NCBI GenBank assembly: GCA_002434805.1
Contig: DJKW01000001.1
Span: 87,985-148,151, forward strand
From: Patescibacteria group bacterium UBA6532
GTDB taxonomy: Bacteria > Patescibacteriota > Minisyncoccia > Minisyncoccales > UBA6532
DNA: 60,167 nt
Direction of reading: 5' to 3'
In this document: piece by piece, positions 35,667 to 44,803 of the stretch
Numbering within the stretch: position 1 is the stretch's first letter
Layout: each line of letters starts with the position of its first letter
Made by a program: the position numbers and the translations under genes
Notes under the pieces: model-generated
Seen by the model: only the letters and a program-made list of their open reading frames with translations
Told to the model about the DNA's origin: nothing
Databases searched by the model: none

Positions 35667-35877
35667 AGGCATTTAATTGTACTTGGAGAATTACCACTCT
35701 TTTCTCCATAGTTTTTTTAATTTCTTCTAATGTTTGTATATTGTGAGCAAGGTCTGAGTATTCAGTTAAGCTCATTCGATGAGTTGGGTCAGCAGAACAC
35801 TGCCGGTAGCTGATATCTGTATGCATTTCTAGTTTCATATCTCCTCCGCAAACAGGACATTTATCTGTATTTTCCAA
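35665..35877 (-). CDS. Small hypothetical zinc-ribbon-like protein
   Basis: 70-aa ORF with a TTG start and GGAGG 10 nt upstream. Contains CPVCGG...C...H. Sits directly after map and has its own strong terminator. Confidence 0.5.
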   Translation of the reverse strand: MENTDKCPVCGGDMKLEMHTDISYRQCSADPTHRMSLTEYSDLAHNIQTLEEIKKTMEKRVVILQVQLNA

Positions 35878-35905
35878 CTTCTTTCTTCCTCCTCTATCTT
35901 AGTTA

Positions 35906-36655
35906 TTACTCTAAACTTGTCAATATCTGGCAGCCGGTTTTGGTCACAGCTATTGTATGCTCAAAGTGGGCAGATAAAGAACCGTCTGCTGTCTCAAGAC
36001 CATAACCATCAGCGCTTTTCTTTATATTATAATCTCCGATCGCTACCATGGGCTCCAAACAAAAAACCATGCCTTCTTTGATTTCTTCCCCTTTGTGACG
36101 CTTCCCGAAATTTAAAATCTGGGGGTCTTCGTGAAGCTCTCTGCCAATTCCATGGCCGCAAAGACCTTGAATTACCTTAAACCCTTGAGATTCTATTGCT
36201 CTCTGAATGGTATTTCCAATATCACCCAAAGTATTGCCAGGCCTTGTCTTTTTTATCCCTCTTTTGAGAGCTTTTTTTGTTACCCGGATCAACCTTACAC
36301 TCTCTGGACTCACTTTTCCCACGGCTAAGGTTAATGCCATATCAGTATGGAATTTCTTGTATAAAATTCCCAAATCAAGAGAAATAATATCTCCATCTTT
36401 TAGTTGACTCTCAGAAGGAAGAGCGTGAACAACCCCTTCATTAATTGAAGTGCACAAACAAGCCGGATAACCTTTATAACCCTTAAAAGAACATTTAGCT
36501 CCAGACCTTAAAACAAGGCCTTCAGCGACCTTGTCTAATTCTTTGGTGGTCACTCCCGGCTTTACCATCTTTTCTAATTTTTGCATAACTTCAGCCAGAA
36601 TCTTACCACCTTCTTTTATTGTCTCTATTTCTTTTTTTGATTTTATACTGATCAT
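35906..36655 (-). CDS. map: Methionine aminopeptidase type I
   Basis: Pita-bread fold metal ligands (DIISLDLG, GHGIGRELHE, EPMV, EHT). 249 aa. Confidence 0.95.
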   Translation of the reverse strand: MISIKSKKEIETIKEGGKILAEVMQKLEKMVKPGVTTKELDKVAEGLVLRSGAKCSFKGYKGYPACLCTSINEGVVHALPSESQLKDGDIISLDLGILYKKFHTDMALTLAVGKVSPESVRLIRVTKKALKRGIKKTRPGNTLGDIGNTIQRAIESQGFKVIQGLCGHGIGRELHEDPQILNFGKRHKGEEIKEGMVFCLEPMVAIGDYNIKKSADGYGLETADGSLSAHFEHTIAVTKTGCQILTSLE

Positions 36656-37356
36656 TTTATGGCTTTCAAAATGTCTTTGAAAACATCGGCCACTGACTGC
36701 TCCCCATTGACCTCTTTTACGTCAAAGCTTTCTTTTTTTAAATAATCAACCAAGGGCAGGGTTCGATTCTCATACTCTTTTAATCTCACCGTTATGGTTT
36801 CTGGGTCGTCTAGGCCCTCTCTTCTCACCAACTTTGATCCGTCCAGCGGGCAAATGGTTAAATTTTTTGTTTCTTTAGTATAAAGGATGGGGTGGCGCAT
36901 TAACTGGCATAATCGGCGGTGAGAATTTCTAAATATTGATTGTTCTGCTGAAAGATTAATTAAAACCACCTTAATATTTTTAAGGCCGTACTCTTTTTTT
37001 AGAACCGGAGCCTCATTTTCTGCTTCATATAAAGTTCTTGGAGAACCTGCCATAATAATCCCTTTCCCTTCCTTTGATAACTCTCTTATCTTCTCATTCA
37101 GCCAAAAGGTTACCACTTCCGGAGTATTAAGCTTTCCGCTTTTCCATCGATTCCTCTCTTCAACCATAAAATACTTTTTGCCACCTACCTCTTCATAGTC
37201 CCCCTCCTTTGCCTTCATAATATTAGCTTCAATAATTTTACTTGTTTCAAGATAATATAAACTAATCTTATCAGCTAAAAGCTCGGCCTGCGTTCCTTTG
37301 CCAGCACCCGGAGGACCAATAAGAATAATAATTTGCTTTTGATTAAAAGGTTTCAT
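36652..37356 (-). CDS. adk: Adenylate kinase (divergent, long form)
   Basis: P-loop GPPGAGKGTQAELLA. Conserved position between secY and map. 234 aa. Confidence 0.8.
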   Translation of the reverse strand: MKPFNQKQIIILIGPPGAGKGTQAELLADKISLYYLETSKIIEANIMKAKEGDYEEVGGKKYFMVEERNRWKSGKLNTPEVVTFWLNEKIRELSKEGKGIIMAGSPRTLYEAENEAPVLKKEYGLKNIKVVLINLSAEQSIFRNSHRRLCQLMRHPILYTKETKNLTICPLDGSKLVRREGLDDPETITVRLKEYENRTLPLVDYLKKESFDVKEVNGEQSVADVFKDILKAIK

Positions 37357-38623
37357 ATTCTCTCATTTGGAGCTGAGCTTTAATCTGCCTCATGGTTTCC
37401 AAAACTACGCTAACGATAATTAATAAAGCCGTTCCTCCTATTAAGAACTGGAAAACCATTACTCCGGTTATCCCTCCAACAATAGAAGGCAAAACAGCAA
37501 CCGTTCCTAAAGATAAAGCGCCAACCAATAAGATGCGGTTAAGAACATAAGATAAAAAATTGGCTGTCGGCGTTCCCGGCCTGATCCCCGGAACAAACCC
37601 GCCCATTTTTTGCAAATTAGAAGAAATGGTTTTTGGGTCAAAAGTGACAGCAGTGTAAAAGAAAGTGAAAAGAACCACTAAGATAAAGTAGAAAATTCCG
37701 TTAACCCAGGGGTTTTGGAGAAAGTTAGCTAAACCTTGGGCAAAATTACCAATAGGGCCCCCGACGCCGGCCAAAAAAGAAGCCATCATTCCCGGAAAAA
37801 GCAAAACAGATAAGGCAAAAATTATAGGGATTACTCCTGCTGGATTAATATTTAAAGGCAGATAAGTGGAAACTCCGCCGTACATTTTCATCCCCTTAAC
37901 CCTTTTGGCATAGGAAACCGGTATATTCCGCCTCGCCTCGTTAATCATCACTACCCCGGCAATAATCAAAAAGACCATTACAAAAAAAGCCAGATAGGCG
38001 GGAAGCCGAGATGGTTCATAAGTAAAGAACATCTGGCGGATATTGTTGGGAAAATCAGCGATAATTCCAGCAAAAATCAAAAGGGAAACTCCATTGCCAA
38101 TCCCCCTTTCTGAAATTAATTCTCCAAGCCACATTAAAAACAGGGCTCCGGCCGCAATAGTTAAAAGCGAAGCAATAAGAACTTCTAAAGATAAGACTCC
38201 AATAACGCCTTGTCTTTGGAGTAAAGTCAACATTCCATAGCCCTGGAGTGTGGCTAAAGGAAGAGTTAGCATTCTTCCGTATTGATTGAATTTCTGGCGG
38301 CCCTGCTCCCCCTCTTCTTTATAAAGTTGCTCTAACTGGGGGAAAATCATGGTTAAAAGCTGTAAAATAATGACAGAAGTAATATATGGTCCCAATCCCA
38401 ACATCATAATGGAAAGGTTGTCTAAAGCCCCTCCAGTAAACATATTTAAAAGACCGAAAATTTGAAATTGATCGAAAAAAGACTTTAAGTTGGCGATATC
38501 TATCCCAGGAATGGGTATATTAGCCATTATTCTAAAAATAGCAAAAACCCCTAAAACAAAGAGGATTTTAGTTCGCAAATCCCGGATTTTAAATACTTGA
38601 ATGATTGGACCTAATAAAACCAT
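37343..38623 (-). CDS. secY: Preprotein translocase subunit SecY
   Basis: 10-TM protein in the conserved spc-operon position. GLGPYITSVIILQLL, GELISERGIGNG. Confidence 0.95.
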   Translation of the reverse strand: MVLLGPIIQVFKIRDLRTKILFVLGVFAIFRIMANIPIPGIDIANLKSFFDQFQIFGLLNMFTGGALDNLSIMMLGLGPYITSVIILQLLTMIFPQLEQLYKEEGEQGRQKFNQYGRMLTLPLATLQGYGMLTLLQRQGVIGVLSLEVLIASLLTIAAGALFLMWLGELISERGIGNGVSLLIFAGIIADFPNNIRQMFFTYEPSRLPAYLAFFVMVFLIIAGVVMINEARRNIPVSYAKRVKGMKMYGGVSTYLPLNINPAGVIPIIFALSVLLFPGMMASFLAGVGGPIGNFAQGLANFLQNPWVNGIFYFILVVLFTFFYTAVTFDPKTISSNLQKMGGFVPGIRPGTPTANFLSYVLNRILLVGALSLGTVAVLPSIVGGITGVMVFQFLIGGTALLIIVSVVLETMRQIKAQLQMREYETF

Positions 38624-38629
38624 GTCTCT

Positions 38630-39079
38630 TTAAGTTTTTGTGGTTGAGTTTTTTATAGTGCCTCCTGCTTTTTCAATTATTTCTTTGGCGCCCTTTGAAA
38701 TCTCACAATCTTCAATTATCACCTTTTTTGTCAGCTTCTCTTTTCCTAAAATCTTCACCGAAGGTACCTTCCCTTTTATTTTACGGATTATTTCCTTTTT
38801 CAGCAATACTTGGGGATTTATGGTTTCGCCTGACTTGAACTTTTTTTCAATAACACCAATGCTGACTATTGCTATTTTTTCCTTGATAGATTTAAACCTA
38901 TATCCTCTTAATTTAGGATATCTTTTAATCAATCCACGAATAGCGGGCGGTAATCTTCTGCCCGATCTTGATTTTTGGCCCTTCATTCCTCGTCCAGAAT
39001 AAGTACCTCGTTTGCCTCCACGGCCAACTCTTTTCCGTTTCTTTAATTTATGAAGTGGTTTTATTTGATGGAGCTGCAT
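38630..39079 (-). CDS. rplO: 50S ribosomal protein L15
   Basis: KRKRVGRGGKRGTYSGRGMKGQKSRSG. Its 5' end overlaps the rpsE 3' end by 32 nt. Confidence 0.93.
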   Translation of the reverse strand: MQLHQIKPLHKLKKRKRVGRGGKRGTYSGRGMKGQKSRSGRRLPPAIRGLIKRYPKLRGYRFKSIKEKIAIVSIGVIEKKFKSGETINPQVLLKKEIIRKIKGKVPSVKILGKEKLTKKVIIEDCEISKGAKEIIEKAGGTIKNSTTKT

Positions 39080-39566
39080 TTTGTTTTTTTAACTTAAGTT
39101 TTTTCAAAGCTTCGATAGTAGCTTTGGCATTATTTAATTTATTTCCCGTTCTTCCTATAATTTTTGAAGAAATATTCTTTATTCCGGCCAAAGCGCAAAT
39201 CACCCTTACGGTACCGCCGGCGACCAAACCTCTTCCCTTTCTTTGAGGACGGAGTAAAACTCGAGCGGGGCCAAGTTTGGTATAAACTTCGTGGGGAATA
39301 GTATCATTTATAATAGGGACTGAAATTAAGTTCTTTTTGGCTATTCTGGTCGCTTTTCCTATGGCTTGAGCAACATCTAACCCCTTGGCTACGCCAATAC
39401 CAACTTTTCCGGATTTATTTCCCACAACCATGGTTGCTCGGAACCTAAATCTCCGGCCTCCAGCTGACATCCGAGAAACTCTAGCTAAATCTAAAAGCTT
39501 AGAATCAAATTCATCTTTTGGCTTATCGCTTCTTCCTCTATTTTTGAAAAAATTTCTTTTAATCAT
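39048..39566 (-). CDS. rpsE: 30S ribosomal protein S5
   Basis: VSRMSAGGRRFRFRATMVVGNKSGKVGIGVAKG. Confidence 0.95.
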   Translation of the reverse strand: MIKRNFFKNRGRSDKPKDEFDSKLLDLARVSRMSAGGRRFRFRATMVVGNKSGKVGIGVAKGLDVAQAIGKATRIAKKNLISVPIINDTIPHEVYTKLGPARVLLRPQRKGRGLVAGGTVRVICALAGIKNISSKIIGRTGNKLNNAKATIEALKKLKLKKQNAAPSNKTTS

Positions 39567-39571
39567 GTATT

Positions 39572-39985
39572 TTAAAACTTTAATCCTCCTTCTCTCGCTC
39601 CTTCAGCCAAAGCTTTTACTCGACCGTGATACTTGTATCCTGACCTGTCAAAGACCACGTCTTTAATCTTTTTCTTTTCCGCTTTTTCGGCAATCAATTC
39701 TCCTACTTTAAAAGCCCTGACTATCTTTCCTTTTATAGACACCTTCTCTTCCTTTTTTTCTTTGTCTCTCTTTGGCTGAGAAATAACTTTAGAGGATAAT
39801 TTTCCTATCTTCTGATCATTAGCTGCAGCAAGAATGCTTCCTTTATCGTCATCTACCAACTGGGCGTAAATATGTTTTGCCGATCTGAAAACGCAAAGCC
39901 GCGGCTTTTTAGCTGTGCCGAATGTTTTTGCTTTTGTGCGCTTGCGTCGCCTATTTCTCTTTTCTTGTTTAATCTTTGATTTCAT
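39572..39985 (-). CDS. rplR: 50S ribosomal protein L18
   Basis: KPRLCVFRSAKHIYAQLVDD. C-terminal GRVKALAEGAREGGLKF. Confidence 0.95.
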   Translation of the reverse strand: MKSKIKQEKRNRRRKRTKAKTFGTAKKPRLCVFRSAKHIYAQLVDDDKGSILAAANDQKIGKLSSKVISQPKRDKEKKEEKVSIKGKIVRAFKVGELIAEKAEKKKIKDVVFDRSGYKYHGRVKALAEGAREGGLKF

Positions 39986-39996
39986 AAAATTTAATA

Positions 39997-40563
39997 TTAA
40001 GCTTCGGTCGTAGTGGCAGCTTTCTTTCCTTCTTTCCTTCTCACATGCTCACCAAGATATCTTATCCCTTTTCCTTTATATGGCTCAGGCGGGCGAACTT
40101 GTCTTATTTTAGCTGTAATTTGCCCGACCAATTCTTTGTCAATTCCAGAGACTGTAATGATATTTTTTTCTACCACGAATTTTATACTCTCTGGAGTCTT
40201 TATCTTAACGGGATGAGTGAAGCCAATTTGCAGAACTAAATTCTCTCCTTCTAAGGCAGCCTTGTAGCCTATGCCTTGAATTTCTAACTTTTTCTCATAT
40301 CCTTCTTTAACCCCTTTTACCATATTGGCAATCAAAGCCCTAGTTAATCCCCAAAAAGCTTTAACTTTTTTAGATTTCTGACTACGAACAGAGGTTGCTC
40401 TAGGAAAAACTTTAATTTCTTTATTCTCAACCTTAACCAAAATCTCAGGAAGAATGTCTTGAGAAAGTTCTCCTTTGGGACCTTTGACTATCAGCTTTGA
40501 ACCGTCTATTTTTACTTCAAGGCCTTCAGGTATTAATATTGGTTTTTTTCCTATACGAGACAT
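39997..40563 (-). CDS. rplF: 50S ribosomal protein L6
   Basis: MSRIGKKPILIPEGLEVKI...PYKGKGIRY. Confidence 0.95.
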   Translation of the reverse strand: MSRIGKKPILIPEGLEVKIDGSKLIVKGPKGELSQDILPEILVKVENKEIKVFPRATSVRSQKSKKVKAFWGLTRALIANMVKGVKEGYEKKLEIQGIGYKAALEGENLVLQIGFTHPVKIKTPESIKFVVEKNIITVSGIDKELVGQITAKIRQVRPPEPYKGKGIRYLGEHVRRKEGKKAATTTEA

Positions 40564-40579
40564 AAATATTTTAAAAAAT

Positions 40580-40969
40580 TTACCATATTTGACACAATAC
40601 TTCGCCTCCTAATTTCTCTCTCTTCGCTTTTTTATCTGTCATCAGTCCTTTGGAAGTAGAAATTATCGTTATGCCATATCCCCTTCTTACTCTCTTAATT
40701 TTATTTGAAGATGAATAAATTCTTTGGCCGGGCCTTGAAACTCTTTTCAGGCCGGTAATGGCAGATTCTTTGTCGTCATATTTTAAGGTAATCTTAATTG
40801 TCTTTTTTGCTTTTTTGCCTTTTTCTTCAACGCTTTCAATAAACCCTTCTTTTTCTAAAATTCTAGAGATTTCGTATTTCAATTTAGAAAAGGGAAAAGA
40901 AACCTGTGGTTTTAACAAGGCTTTTGCATTTCTTATTCGATTGAGCATGTCTGTTATTGGATCTACCAT
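40580..40969 (-). CDS. rpsH: 30S ribosomal protein S8
   Basis: [13 protein letters not shown]...GGEVLCQIW. Confidence 0.95.
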   Translation of the reverse strand: MVDPITDMLNRIRNAKALLKPQVSFPFSKLKYEISRILEKEGFIESVEEKGKKAKKTIKITLKYDDKESAITGLKRVSRPGQRIYSSSNKIKRVRRGYGITIISTSKGLMTDKKAKREKLGGEVLCQIW

Positions 40970-41148
40970 GATGATTTTCTAACGCCTGGTATTAATCCTT
41001 TATTAGCCATCTCCCTAAAGCAAATTCGGCATAATCCAAACTCTCTCATATATGCCCGCTTTCTGCCGCATTTAAAACAGCGTCTGACAATTCGACTTGT
41101 AAATTTTGGTTTTTTATTTGATTTTACAACCTGGGCTTTTGTTGCCAT
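40963..41148 (-). CDS. rpsZ: 30S ribosomal protein S14, zinc-binding type Z
   Basis: 61 aa. CFKCGR...CRICFRE. Confidence 0.93.
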   Translation of the reverse strand: MATKAQVVKSNKKPKFTSRIVRRCFKCGRKRAYMREFGLCRICFREMANKGLIPGVRKSSW

Positions 41149-41149
41149 A

Positions 41150-41707
41150 TTATCTTTTTATTGGAAATCCAAGTAATTTTATTAACTCCAAACCCTCTTC
41201 TTTATTTTTAGCGGTAGTAACAATAGTAATTTCAAAACCGAAGATGTTTTTAACTTTTTCCGGGGAAATTTCCGGAAAAACAATATGTTCTTTTATAGCA
41301 ATGGTTAAATTCCCGGCTGAGTCAAAAGAATTCGGATCAACTCCTTGAAAATCACGAGACCGGGGAAGATCTATGTTTATTACCCTCTCTAAGAAATCAT
41401 ACATCTTTTTTCCTCTTAAGGTAATCCTTACTCCAACAGGCATGCCTTGACGAATCTTAAAACCGGCGATTGATTTCTTAGCCAGAGTTAAAACCGGTCT
41501 CTGGCCAGTGATTAGGCTAAGATCGTTTAAGGTAGATTCTTGAATCTTTTTCTGCTCTTCTTTGCTTTTTCCAACAATAAATTTGCCAAAACTGGTGTTG
41601 ACCACCACTTTTTCAATCTGGGGAACGGCCATATTGCTTTTGTAACCGAACTTTTCTTTTAAAGCCGGCTTAATTTCTTTATTGTATTTTTCTTTTAATG
41701 AAAGCAT
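41150..41707 (-). CDS. rplE: 50S ribosomal protein L5
   Basis: [34 protein letters not shown]. Confidence 0.95.
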   Translation of the reverse strand: MLSLKEKYNKEIKPALKEKFGYKSNMAVPQIEKVVVNTSFGKFIVGKSKEEQKKIQESTLNDLSLITGQRPVLTLAKKSIAGFKIRQGMPVGVRITLRGKKMYDFLERVINIDLPRSRDFQGVDPNSFDSAGNLTIAIKEHIVFPEISPEKVKNIFGFEITIVTTAKNKEEGLELIKLLGFPIKR

Positions 41708-41728
41708 AAAATTTGCCTTTTTTGATTA

Positions 41729-42034
41729 TTATATATTCTGGCCGCACTTTTTGCATATTCTATATTTCTTTCCTTTGCCGATCTTATATCCTACCTTGCT
41801 GGGCTTTCCGCACTTTGAACAAATTAGCTTAACATTGGAAACATCAATTGATAGAGGAATTTCTATAATCTGTCCTTTTTCTCCGCTTTTTTTCGGCCGA
41901 ACATGCTTTTTTCTTAAATTAACGTTTTCCACCAAAATCCGCTTTTCTTTCGGGAAAGCTTGTAAAATCTTTCCTTTCTTTCCACGATCCTTTCCTTTCA
42001 TTATTAAAACTTGGTCGCCTTTGTGTATTTTCAT
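41729..42034 (-). CDS. rplX: 50S ribosomal protein L24 with C-terminal CxxC...CxxC
   Basis: KOW motif KIHKGDQVLIMKGKDRGKKGKIL. C-terminal CSKCGKPSKVGYKIGKGKKYRICKKCG. Confidence 0.92.
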   Translation of the reverse strand: MKIHKGDQVLIMKGKDRGKKGKILQAFPKEKRILVENVNLRKKHVRPKKSGEKGQIIEIPLSIDVSNVKLICSKCGKPSKVGYKIGKGKKYRICKKCGQNI

Positions 42035-42037
42035 AAA

Positions 42038-42409
42038 TTATATTAATTCTTCGGCAATCGTAGCTATTTTATCAAATCCTTTTTCTTTGACTTCTTTTGC
42101 AACGGGACCTGTGATTCTTCCTCCTTTCGGCTCTTTGGTTTTCCCGTCCAAAATAACGACTGCGTTATCATCAAAACGAATATATATTCCGTTCTGCCTT
42201 CGAGAGGCTTTCTTTTGTCTTACGACCACGGCTCTAACAACTTCGTGCTTCTTTACTGCTTTCCTTGGTTCAGCTTTCTTCACTGAAGCTACGATAACAT
42301 CTCCGAGTTGAGCATAACGCCTCCGAGTTCCTCCTAAAACATGAAAACACTGAACCTCTTTGGCTCCGGTATTGTCAACTACTTTTAGCATTGTTCTTGG
42401 TTGAATCAT
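42038..42409 (-). CDS. rplN: 50S ribosomal protein L14
   Basis: [21 protein letters not shown]. Confidence 0.96.
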   Translation of the reverse strand: MIQPRTMLKVVDNTGAKEVQCFHVLGGTRRRYAQLGDVIVASVKKAEPRKAVKKHEVVRAVVVRQKKASRRQNGIYIRFDDNAVVILDGKTKEPKGGRITGPVAKEVKEKGFDKIATIAEELI

Positions 42410-42413
42410 ATCT

Positions 42414-42647
42414 TTAAGCTTTACTAATTACCCGCCAATGTTTTTCTTTGCTTATTGGCCGGCACTCTTCAATAATAACTTTATCTCCAACTTTATAATC
42501 TCCCGAATCTAAGTGGGATTTGTATTTTTTGTGGATTTTAAATCTTCTCTTGTACTTTGGATGTTCCTTTATCAGCTCTACTTTCACTACCACTGTCTTT
42601 TCCATTTTATTAGAAATAATTATACCTTTTAATTGGTGTTTTGGCAT
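42414..42647 (-). CDS. rpsQ: 30S ribosomal protein S17
   Basis: [18 protein letters not shown]...HPKYKR. Confidence 0.93.
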   Translation of the reverse strand: MPKHQLKGIIISNKMEKTVVVKVELIKEHPKYKRRFKIHKKYKSHLDSGDYKVGDKVIIEECRPISKEKHWRVISKA

Positions 42648-42653
42648 ATGATT

Positions 42654-42833
42654 TTATTGGTTTTTAGTTGTAAGAATCCTGGCAATATCCTTTTTTATCT
42701 TCCTAACTTCTTTAACATTTTTTACCTTGCCTGAAGCCAAATTAAACCTTAAAGCTCTTAAGCGCTCCCTCTTTTCAGCTAAAGTTCTTTGCAACTCTAA
42801 TTTTGGCTTTTTATTTAATTCTTTTGTTTTCAT
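42654..42833 (-). CDS. rpmC: 50S ribosomal protein L29 (not in supplied ORF track)
   Basis: Hand translation of the minus strand gives MKTKELNKKPKLELQRTLAEKRERLRALRFNLASGKVKNVKEVRKIKKDIARILTTKNQ (59 aa), in the expected slot between rplP and rpsQ. Confidence 0.88.
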   Translation of the reverse strand: MKTKELNKKPKLELQRTLAEKRERLRALRFNLASGKVKNVKEVRKIKKDIARILTTKNQ

Positions 42834-42879
42834 TTTATTATTTTCTTAATTCAATATTATATATCTATACGATAAGAAA

Positions 42880-43287
42880 TCAAGCTCTTTTTATGAATTT
42901 GGTCTTAATCGGCAGTTTATCAGACGCTCTCTGAAAAGCTTCGCGAGCCTGATCTTCTGGTATGCCTTCTAACTCAAAAAGAATTCTGCCGGGCTTTATA
43001 GGAAAGACGTAGTGGTCAACTGCTCCTTTTCCTCCTCCCATGGGAACTTCAGTGCCCTTTCTGGTAACGGGTTTATCGGGAAAAATCCTAATCCAGAGCT
43101 TGCCTCCCTTCTTTAAATATCTAATGATAGCGTGTCTTGATGCTTCAATTTGGCGGGCGGTAATCCATTTAGTTCCCAAAGACTTTAAACCAAACGCCCC
43201 AAAAACAAGTTCTGTTCCCCGAGTTTCAACTCCTTTTGAACGCCATCTCCGCCATTTTCTATGTTTTACTTTTTTTGGAATTAACAT
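42880..43287 (-). CDS. rplP: 50S ribosomal protein L16
   Basis: [19 protein letters not shown]...GAFGLKSL. Confidence 0.95.
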   Translation of the reverse strand: MLIPKKVKHRKWRRWRSKGVETRGTELVFGAFGLKSLGTKWITARQIEASRHAIIRYLKKGGKLWIRIFPDKPVTRKGTEVPMGGGKGAVDHYVFPIKPGRILFELEGIPEDQAREAFQRASDKLPIKTKFIKRA

Positions 43288-43292
43288 AAGGT

Positions 43293-43955
43293 TTAGAATC
43301 TTTCACCTTTATAAATCCATACCTTTATACCTATCACTCCATAGGTGCAATAAGCTTGAGCAGTGCCATAATCTATGATTGACCTCAAAGTTTGACGAGG
43401 AAGACGGCCTTTCAGTAATTTCTCTGACCTTGAAAATTCAGACCCTCCCAATCTGCCCGACACCTCTAATCTTACGCCCTTAACGTCTTTATTGGTTATA
43501 ACCTTATCTAAGGTTTGCTTAAGCACTCTCCTGTGGGGCAATCTCTTTTCTATTTGCTGAGCCATCCATTGGGCAACTATACTGGCTTCAGTCCAGGGAT
43601 TCTTTACTTCTTTAATTTCAATCTTGAATTCCCGGCGGGATAAATTCTTTACTGTAGATAATTTCTGTCTTAAAATCTCTTTCTTTAAAGCTTTCTCAAG
43701 CTCCTGCACTCCTTGGCCCCCCCGGCCAATGATAAGTCCGGGCCGGGCGGTATTAATGATAATATTTACTTTAACTGGGAATCTTTCAATCTCAACGCTT
43801 TTTACTGCCGCCTCCTTTAATCTATTATTTAAAAATTCCCTAATTACAAAATCCTCTTGCAGATAATTGCGAAGATTTTTTTTGCTCATCCATCTTGAAT
43901 CCCAATCAGCAGATCTTTTGAGCCTATATGATTTTGGGTGAACTTTATGAGCCAT
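43293..43955 (-). CDS. rpsC: 30S ribosomal protein S3
   Basis: [12 protein letters not shown]; KH domain; [10 protein letters not shown]. Confidence 0.95.
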   Translation of the reverse strand: MAHKVHPKSYRLKRSADWDSRWMSKKNLRNYLQEDFVIREFLNNRLKEAAVKSVEIERFPVKVNIIINTARPGLIIGRGGQGVQELEKALKKEILRQKLSTVKNLSRREFKIEIKEVKNPWTEASIVAQWMAQQIEKRLPHRRVLKQTLDKVITNKDVKGVRLEVSGRLGGSEFSRSEKLLKGRLPRQTLRSIIDYGTAQAYCTYGVIGIKVWIYKGERF

Positions 43956-43961
43956 AGATTT

Positions 43962-44474
43962 TTAGAAAGATTTTCTTCTAAATATTCTTTTTACTCCTTT
44001 TTCGACTTTGGGAAATCCCCTCTCAATTCTAGATTCCGGCTTTGCTCCCTCTGGCCTATCTTCTTTTTTAGGCTCCTTTGCCTTTTCCGCTCTTTTAACT
44101 TCTTTTGAATCTTTGGTTTTCTTTGTTTTTATTCTTTTCCCTTTCTTAATTTCATCAAGGATTAAAGTAATATGAACGGTTTTCTTCTGGATTTCGTAAG
44201 CTTGACCGCGAGCTCTGGGCATCCACCTTTTGAGCTTTTGGCCTTCGTCAACAGTAATCTTGGAAATATAAAGATTGTTCTCGTCTAATTTTTGAACCTT
44301 GGCATTCGCTACAGCTGATTTTAAAAGCTTTGAAACAGGCAAAACAGCTTTTTTGACGGTAAAATTCAAAATAGTTTGAGCTTCCTCAACTGACTTCCCC
44401 CGAATAAGATCAACAACCAATCTAACCTTTCTCGGAGCAATACGCAGACGTCTAAGTTTGGCAGTAATAGGCAT
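43962..44474 (-). CDS. rplV: 50S ribosomal protein L22 with Lys/Glu-rich C-terminal extension
   Basis: LRIAPRKVRLVVDLIRGKSVEEAQTILNF, plus a charged tail of about 60 aa. Confidence 0.93.
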   Translation of the reverse strand: MPITAKLRRLRIAPRKVRLVVDLIRGKSVEEAQTILNFTVKKAVLPVSKLLKSAVANAKVQKLDENNLYISKITVDEGQKLKRWMPRARGQAYEIQKKTVHITLILDEIKKGKRIKTKKTKDSKEVKRAEKAKEPKKEDRPEGAKPESRIERGFPKVEKGVKRIFRRKSF

Positions 44475-44478
44475 AAAT

Positions 44479-44799
44479 TTATTCTTCTTTGGTAATTTTT
44501 TCTGATTCTTTTTCAGCCTCTTTTGTTTCTAATTCCTTTTGCATTCTTCCTCCATGCCTTCCAAATTTTGTCGTTGGAGAAAACTCACCTAATCTGTGGC
44601 CTACCATGGATTCGTCAATGCTAACGGGAATAAACTCTTTTCCGTTATGAACGCCGAAAGTAAAACCAACCATCTCAGGACTGATGGTGCAGGCTCTGCA
44701 CCAAGTTTTAATAATGGTTTTTTCTCCGGGTTTCAGCTTCTTTATCTTCTCCAACAACCTCCCTGACATATATGGTCCTTTTTTTAGTGATCTTGCCAT
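44479..44799 (-). CDS. rpsS: 30S ribosomal protein S19
   Basis: MARSLKKGPYM...GHRLGEFSPTTKFGRHG. Confidence 0.95.
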   Translation of the reverse strand: MARSLKKGPYMSGRLLEKIKKLKPGEKTIIKTWCRACTISPEMVGFTFGVHNGKEFIPVSIDESMVGHRLGEFSPTTKFGRHGGRMQKELETKEAEKESEKITKEE

Positions 44800-44803
44800 A
44801 AAT

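Noticed and set aside
41682-42311. 209-aa plus-strand ORF across rplE, rplX and rplN.
   Set aside because: It is antisense to three conserved ribosomal protein genes and crosses their boundaries. The Phe/Ser-rich translation has no motif.
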